Below are positions 58,778 to 64,000 of a stretch of 64,000 bases of DNA, piece by piece. The stretch is taken from positions 672,001-736,000 of the forward strand of contig CAXXFF010000001.1 of NCBI GenBank assembly GCA_963676835.2, written 5' to 3'. The stretch is from Marispirochaeta sp. GTDB taxonomy: Bacteria > Spirochaetota > Spirochaetia > JC444 > Marispirochaetaceae. The number at the start of each line of letters is the position of its first letter. The first letter of the stretch is position 1. The notes under the pieces are model-generated. The model made no database searches and was not told where the DNA came from. It was given only the letters and a program-made list of their open reading frames with translations. The translations under genes and the position numbers were made by a program.

Positions 58778-61135
58778 ATGGCTGAACAACAAATAATACC
58801 TGCAGATCAGATTTTACCAAACAAGCTGTTTATTATTCCTCTGAACGGACGCCCCATATTTCCAGGGATTTTCACCCCCCTTATGATCTCCGGTAAAGAG
58901 GACATTGAAATTGTCAACAAGGCCTCTGAATCCAACGGCATCGTGGGTCTTGTACTCATGAAAGACGGAGAGCTTGAAAATCCCTCCGCCGGGGATCTCT
59001 TTCCGGTAGGAACCGTTGCAAAGATAGTCAAGAAGATAAATCTTCCCGACGGCGGCCTGAATATTTTTATCTCAACCCTCAAACGCTTCCGTATCAAGAA
59101 GTATATAACCGAGGAACAGCCTCTTTCCGCTGCGGTTGAGTACCTTGATGACGAGAAAGACGATACCCTTGAAGTAAAAGCCCTCTCCCGGGCCCTGCTT
59201 ACGGAAATGAAACAGCTTTCGGAGAATAACCCCATATTCTCCGAAGAAGTCCGGCTGAACATGATCAATATTGATCACCCCGGAAAGATTGGCGACTTTA
59301 TCTCCTCCATCCTCAATATCAAACGGGAAGAGCAGCAGGGGATACTGGAAACCCTTGATGTTCAGAAGCGGATGGAGCAGGTTCTTATCTATATAAAGAA
59401 GGAACAGGAACTGCTGACTATCCAGAAGAAGATTCAGCAGCAGATAAACGAGAAAATTGAGAAAAGCCAGCGGGAGTATTTTCTCAAGGAAGAGCTGAAG
59501 GCAATAAAGAAAGAGTTAGGCATGCCGGTGGATGCAAAAAGCGGAGAGTACCAGCGCTTCAGGGAAACCATCGACAGCCTGCCCCTGCCTCCGGAGGTAA
59601 AAGAGCCGGTGGAGCGGGAACTGGAAAAGTTCGCCCTCATGGATCCCAACGCTTCGGAGTTTATTGTTACCAGAAACTATCTGGATACGGTGGTCTCCCT
59701 GCCCTGGGGGGACCCCGAAGTGGAGGAGTTTGAACTTGAAGAAGCCCGTTCCATCCTCGATTCCGATCACTACGGCCTTGACGAGGTAAAAGAGCGGATA
59801 ATTGAGTTTCTGGCGGTACGGAAGCTTAAAAAAGATACAAAAGGCTCCATTATCTGTCTTGTCGGCGCTCCGGGAGTGGGAAAAACCTCCATAGGCAAAT
59901 CCATTGCCCGGGCCCTGAACAAGGAATTTTTCCGTTTCTCCGTTGGAGGAATGCGCGACGAAGCGGAAATAAAGGGTCACCGCCGAACCTATGTGGGAGC
60001 CATGCCGGGAAAAATCATCCAGGGTCTTAAAATTGTCAAATCCCGGACTCCTGTTTTCATGATAGACGAAATTGACAAGATGGGCTCAAGCTACCAGGGA
60101 GACCCCTCCTCTGCCCTGCTTGAGGTTCTGGATCCGGAGCAGAATATCGCCTTCCGGGATCACTACCTTGATCTTCCCTTCGATATATCCTCGGTGCTCT
60201 TTATAGTTACCGCCAATACACTGGACACCATTCCCCGGCCCCTTCTGGACCGGATGGAGATTATCCGGCTGTCCGGCTATATTGAGCAGGAAAAGATAGA
60301 AATTGCCCGGAAGTATATACTTCCAAAATCTCTGGCCAAACATGGCCTTAAAAAGAAGGATGTCCGTTACAACAAGACAGCCCTCTCATCAATTGCCGTG
60401 CATTATGCCCGTGAAGCGGGAATGCGTAACTATGAAAAGGCCGTGGACCGTATTTCCCGGAAGATTGCCACCAAGCTGGTTCTTAAAGAGACAGAGTCTC
60501 CGGTCAAGATCGGAGCAGAAGAGCTGGAAGAGTATCTGGGCAAGCCGGTATTTCGGGAAGACGTAAAGAAGCAGGCTGCTGTTCCGGGTACCGCCATCGG
60601 CCTTGCCTGGACCAATTTCGGCGGGGACATCCTGGTTATCGAAGCAGTCTCAAACCCGGGCAAAGAGGGATTCAGGCTGACCGGTCAGATGGGAAATGTT
60701 ATGCAGGAATCCGCAGGCATTGCCTTTACCTATGCCCGGCATATTGCCTCTCAGTACGGAATCGAGGCTTCCTGGTTTGAGACTAACCAGGTACATCTGC
60801 ATATCCCTGCCGGAGCCACTCCAAAGGACGGCCCTTCAGCGGGAATAACCATGACATCCGCCCTTATTTCCCTTGCGGCGGGAAAGAAACTCAAAGCCGA
60901 CTTTGCCATGACCGGTGAACTCTCGCTGGTGGGCAACGTCCTCCCCATCGGCGGACTTAAAGAAAAGGTTATTGCCGCCAGGCGAAACAAGCTGAAACAT
61001 ATTATAATACCCGCATCCAACGAGCGGGATCTGGATGAGATTCCGGAAAATATCCGTAAAGGAATAAGCTTTCACCCGGTGGAACGTATGGAAGAGGTCC
61101 TTGATCTGCTTCTTCCGGGGCTGAAAAAAGCTTGA
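58778..61135 (+). CDS. lon: ATP-dependent Lon protease
   Basis: LON N-domain, GAPGVGKTS, IDEIDK, PKDGPSAG, GGLKEK. Confidence 0.97.
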   Translation: MAEQQIIPADQILPNKLFIIPLNGRPIFPGIFTPLMISGKEDIEIVNKASESNGIVGLVLMKDGELENPSAGDLFPVGTVAKIVKKINLPDGGLNIFISTLKRFRIKKYITEEQPLSAAVEYLDDEKDDTLEVKALSRALLTEMKQLSENNPIFSEEVRLNMINIDHPGKIGDFISSILNIKREEQQGILETLDVQKRMEQVLIYIKKEQELLTIQKKIQQQINEKIEKSQREYFLKEELKAIKKELGMPVDAKSGEYQRFRETIDSLPLPPEVKEPVERELEKFALMDPNASEFIVTRNYLDTVVSLPWGDPEVEEFELEEARSILDSDHYGLDEVKERIIEFLAVRKLKKDTKGSIICLVGAPGVGKTSIGKSIARALNKEFFRFSVGGMRDEAEIKGHRRTYVGAMPGKIIQGLKIVKSRTPVFMIDEIDKMGSSYQGDPSSALLEVLDPEQNIAFRDHYLDLPFDISSVLFIVTANTLDTIPRPLLDRMEIIRLSGYIEQEKIEIARKYILPKSLAKHGLKKKDVRYNKTALSSIAVHYAREAGMRNYEKAVDRISRKIATKLVLKETESPVKIGAEELEEYLGKPVFREDVKKQAAVPGTAIGLAWTNFGGDILVIEAVSNPGKEGFRLTGQMGNVMQESAGIAFTYARHIASQYGIEASWFETNQVHLHIPAGATPKDGPSAGITMTSALISLAAGKKLKADFAMTGELSLVGNVLPIGGLKEKVIAARRNKLKHIIIPASNERDLDEIPENIRKGISFHPVERMEEVLDLLLPGLKKA

Positions 61136-61152
61136 TCACGACAAGAGGCAAA

Positions 61153-61977
61153 ATGAGTTTTACAAAAAGCATAGCAGCATCAATCCTCGTTCTCATGGCT
61201 GTCACCGGCTGTACCCGGTCACAGCCGGTGGTCGAAGCAGAACCCGCACCGGTGCCGATAATTCAGGACTTTTCCATTACTGCTGAAGACATGGAATACT
61301 TCACCGGCCTGCTGCAGGATCAGGAGCTGGCGGAAAAAATCACCGCATCGCCGGATGAATTCCTTGCTCTTATGAAGCAGATTATCGATGAACCTGAAGA
61401 ACTGTTCCTGCTTGCCGACAAGCAGCACGCTCTTCCTTCAGATTATATTCCAGAAGATCTGCGCCCCCTTACCGAATACCCTCTGCTCCTGAACCGTAAC
61501 GACCTGAGCCTGCGGGAAATGATAATGCCTGCGGTACTGAAGATGGACGCTGCAGCAAGGGATGACGGTATAAAACTGGTCTACTCCTCCAGCTACCGCT
61601 CCTATGAGTACCAGAAGGGGCTATTCGCCCGGCATGTACGGGAGATGGGAGAAGAGGAAGCGGCAAAGGTTTCCGCCCGTCCCGGAACCAGCCAGCATCA
61701 GTTAGGGACTACCATCGACTTCGGTTCCATCACAGATGAGTTTGCCGACACCCCCGCAGGCCGCTGGCTCTATGACCACGCGCCGGAATACGGCTTTACC
61801 CTCTCCTACCCCAGAGGCTATGAAGATCTGACTGGCTACTCCTGGGAGTGCTGGCACTACCGCTACATAGGCATTCCGGCTTCCCGGATGACTCAGGAGT
61901 ATTTCGGAGGAATTCAGCACTATTTCCTCTATTTTATCAACGACAACCTGGAATGGTTCAAGGCGCACAGGACCTGA
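61153..61977 (+). CDS. M15B D-Ala-D-Ala carboxypeptidase (VanY-like) lipoprotein
   Basis: AVTGC lipobox; SSYRS, SQHQLGTTID, ECWHYRY. Confidence 0.9.
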   Translation: MSFTKSIAASILVLMAVTGCTRSQPVVEAEPAPVPIIQDFSITAEDMEYFTGLLQDQELAEKITASPDEFLALMKQIIDEPEELFLLADKQHALPSDYIPEDLRPLTEYPLLLNRNDLSLREMIMPAVLKMDAAARDDGIKLVYSSSYRSYEYQKGLFARHVREMGEEEAAKVSARPGTSQHQLGTTIDFGSITDEFADTPAGRWLYDHAPEYGFTLSYPRGYEDLTGYSWECWHYRYIGIPASRMTQEYFGGIQHYFLYFINDNLEWFKAHRT

Positions 61978-61979
61978 AA

Positions 61980-63194
61980 ATGAGTGAACTTCTGGCTCCC
62001 GCAGGGAGCATTGAAAAACTGGGCTACGCCTACCGCTACGGTGCAGATGCGGTCTATATCGGAATCCGTAACTTCAGTCTACGGGCACGGGCGGATAACT
62101 TCCATGAAGATGAGTTTGAAGCAATCCGCAGGGTAAAAGGCGACAAAAAGCTCTATGCGGCTTTAAACATATTTTTCCACAATGAAGATCTCCTCCGTCT
62201 TCAGGAAAACCTTGATTACCTTGCTGAGTACCCCCTGGACGCATTTATTGTTTCCGATCTCGGCGCCGCATCAGTACTGAAAAAGGCTTTCCCGAAGACT
62301 CCCCTGCATCTGTCAACACAGGCAAACTGCATAAATGCCGAATCCGCAAAGGCCTACCGGGACTTCGGGTTCAGCAGGGTAATCCTCGGCCGGGAAACCA
62401 GCCTGAATGAGATTGCCGATATCCGCAAAGCTGCTCCGGATCTTGAGCTTGAAGCCTTTGTTCACGGAGCCATGTGCCTGGCTTATTCGGGACGCTGCTT
62501 TTTAAGCGCCTATATGGCCGACCGGAGCGGAAATGAAGGGCACTGTTCCCACTCCTGCCGCTGGAAGTACCGGGTGCTGGAAGAATCGGAACGCCCGGGG
62601 GAATACTATCCTGTTGAAGTGGGTGAAAACTTTACCACCATCTTATCATCCAAAGACCTCTGTATGATCGATCATCTTAAAGAGCTCAAAGATGCAGGGA
62701 TCGATTCCTTTAAAATAGAAGGGCGGATGAAATCCATCTACTATGCTGCAGTCGTTACCCGGGCCTACCGGAAAACCCTGGATGCCCTTGACGGCAAAGA
62801 GGATCCCAATCTGGAGGCCTACCGGGAAGATCTCTTTAACGTGAGCCACAGAGAGTATTCTACCGGCTTCTTCTTCGATAAATCAGATATAGAGGTACCA
62901 ACGGAACTGGTTTATCAGCGGCGCTTTGTATTTCTCGGCTCAATCCTTGAGGAAGTCGCAGACAAACCGGGTGTGTATGAACTTGATGTAAAGAACCAGA
63001 TCCTTACCAGTGACGCTGTTCAGTTTGTGGGTCCGGATATTCCCTTTATTGAAGACACACAATGGGAACTCTTTGATGAGAATATGCAGCCTGTTCAGAA
63101 GGCTGATCACAGCAAGAAGTACTTCATCCGGCCTTCGGTAAAGGTTGAGGAAGGATATATCCTCAGGAAACCTGCGGCAGTTCAGTCAGAATAG
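61980..63194 (+). CDS. Peptidase U32 family protein (TrhP-like Fe-S tRNA hydroxylation protein)
   Basis: ELLAPAG, HGAMCLAYSGRC, CSHSCR, KIEGRMK. Confidence 0.88.
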   Translation: MSELLAPAGSIEKLGYAYRYGADAVYIGIRNFSLRARADNFHEDEFEAIRRVKGDKKLYAALNIFFHNEDLLRLQENLDYLAEYPLDAFIVSDLGAASVLKKAFPKTPLHLSTQANCINAESAKAYRDFGFSRVILGRETSLNEIADIRKAAPDLELEAFVHGAMCLAYSGRCFLSAYMADRSGNEGHCSHSCRWKYRVLEESERPGEYYPVEVGENFTTILSSKDLCMIDHLKELKDAGIDSFKIEGRMKSIYYAAVVTRAYRKTLDALDGKEDPNLEAYREDLFNVSHREYSTGFFFDKSDIEVPTELVYQRRFVFLGSILEEVADKPGVYELDVKNQILTSDAVQFVGPDIPFIEDTQWELFDENMQPVQKADHSKKYFIRPSVKVEEGYILRKPAAVQSE

Positions 63195-64000
63195 AGGATA
63201 GACCTCCACGGTATTGTCCTGAAAATTGGTGAATGCCAGAAACTTCCCGTCCCCGGAAACATCCAGTCCGGTAGGCTGGTTTCCTCCGGGAATGATTTTC
63301 ACCCTAGCAAGGCTTCCGGTATCAATAACATGAACCTCGCCGTTCTCAGGACTCCGCAGGGTATAGTTTTCGGGATTATTGAGTCCCCGGCAGGAGACAT
63401 ACAGCCGGGAACCATCGGGGCTCAGATCGATGGTATTGGGATTCGGCCCGACCTGTATATCAGCAGTAATTTTGCCGGTTTCAAGATTCAGGACGTGAAC
63501 CTTCCTGCTTGCCATATTGGATATATATGCCAGGGGTTTTTGAGGATGCAGAACAATGTGCCGGGGAGCTCCTCCGGTATGAATACGACTTACAATCGTC
63601 CAGTCCTTTACAGAAAAGCGCACAATATCACCGCTTCCGAAAAAAGCGACCAGCAGCGAAGTTCCATCCCTGGAAAAAACAGTTCCCCGGGGAACCTCCG
63701 CTCCCTCCGCCGTAAGCCGAGTAATAACGCTTTCATCCCCGGCATTCAGGATTGTTACACTGTGACTCAGCCAGTTGGAAACGGCCAGAAGGGTTCCGTC
63801 AGGGGAAAATGCGAGCACCTTTGACCATTTCCCGCCGGAGGAGAAGCTATGCAGGTATTCCGCTTCCGGGGTAAAGACATGTACCATACCGGTGGTCATC
63901 TGGGAAATATAAAAGAGAGAGCCCCCAGGATTGAAAACCGCTTCAACAAATCCTTCTTGATCATCATATCCCGGCACATTAACCGTTCGGACAGTACCAT
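63186..64000 (-). CDS. YncE/YVTN beta-propeller protein (5' partial)
   Basis: Repeats such as FSPDGTLLAVSN, VGPNPNTIDLSPDG, GNQPTGLDVSGDG. Confidence 0.85.
   Translation of the reverse strand, partial: GTVRTVNVPGYDDQEGFVEAVFNPGGSLFYISQMTTGMVHVFTPEAEYLHSFSSGGKWSKVLAFSPDGTLLAVSNWLSHSVTILNAGDESVITRLTAEGAEVPRGTVFSRDGTSLLVAFFGSGDIVRFSVKDWTIVSRIHTGGAPRHIVLHPQKPLAYISNMASRKVHVLNLETGKITADIQVGPNPNTIDLSPDGSRLYVSCRGLNNPENYTLRSPENGEVHVIDTGSLARVKIIPGGNQPTGLDVSGDGKFLAFTNFQDNTVEVYPLF

Overview
Gene-dense bacterial chromosomal segment, most likely from a free-living spirochaete (inferred from the UPF0164/FadL-like protein, DUF1577-type PilZ protein, giant SpoIIE sensor and many TPR proteins). Housekeeping and repair genes include fadD-like, sfsA, mutL, recJ, recO, lon, thpR, rpsU, a U32 protein and tRNA-Met(CAT). 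I found no integrase, transposase or CRISPR array. Main observations: (1) a ~1580-aa outer-membrane protein with colinear motif similarity to SprA/Sov, the type IX secretion translocon, followed by two paralogous beta-barrels (one fused to FecR), with a PorV/FadL-like gene 20 kb away, suggesting a T9SS-related export system outside Bacteroidota; (2) rpsU, missed by the ORF track, can only start at a non-canonical codon (ATC) behind an extended Shine-Dalgarno; (3) a stand-alone DnaE2-like polymerase broken by a 1-nt frameshift, with an SOS-box-like palindrome over its -10; (4) a pore-less voltage-sensor/HAMP protein; (5) a SelB-like protein lacking the GTPase domain; (6) helically phased repeats upstream of the tRNA promoter and several apparently leaderless genes. 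All family assignments come from motif recognition by eye; no database search was run.
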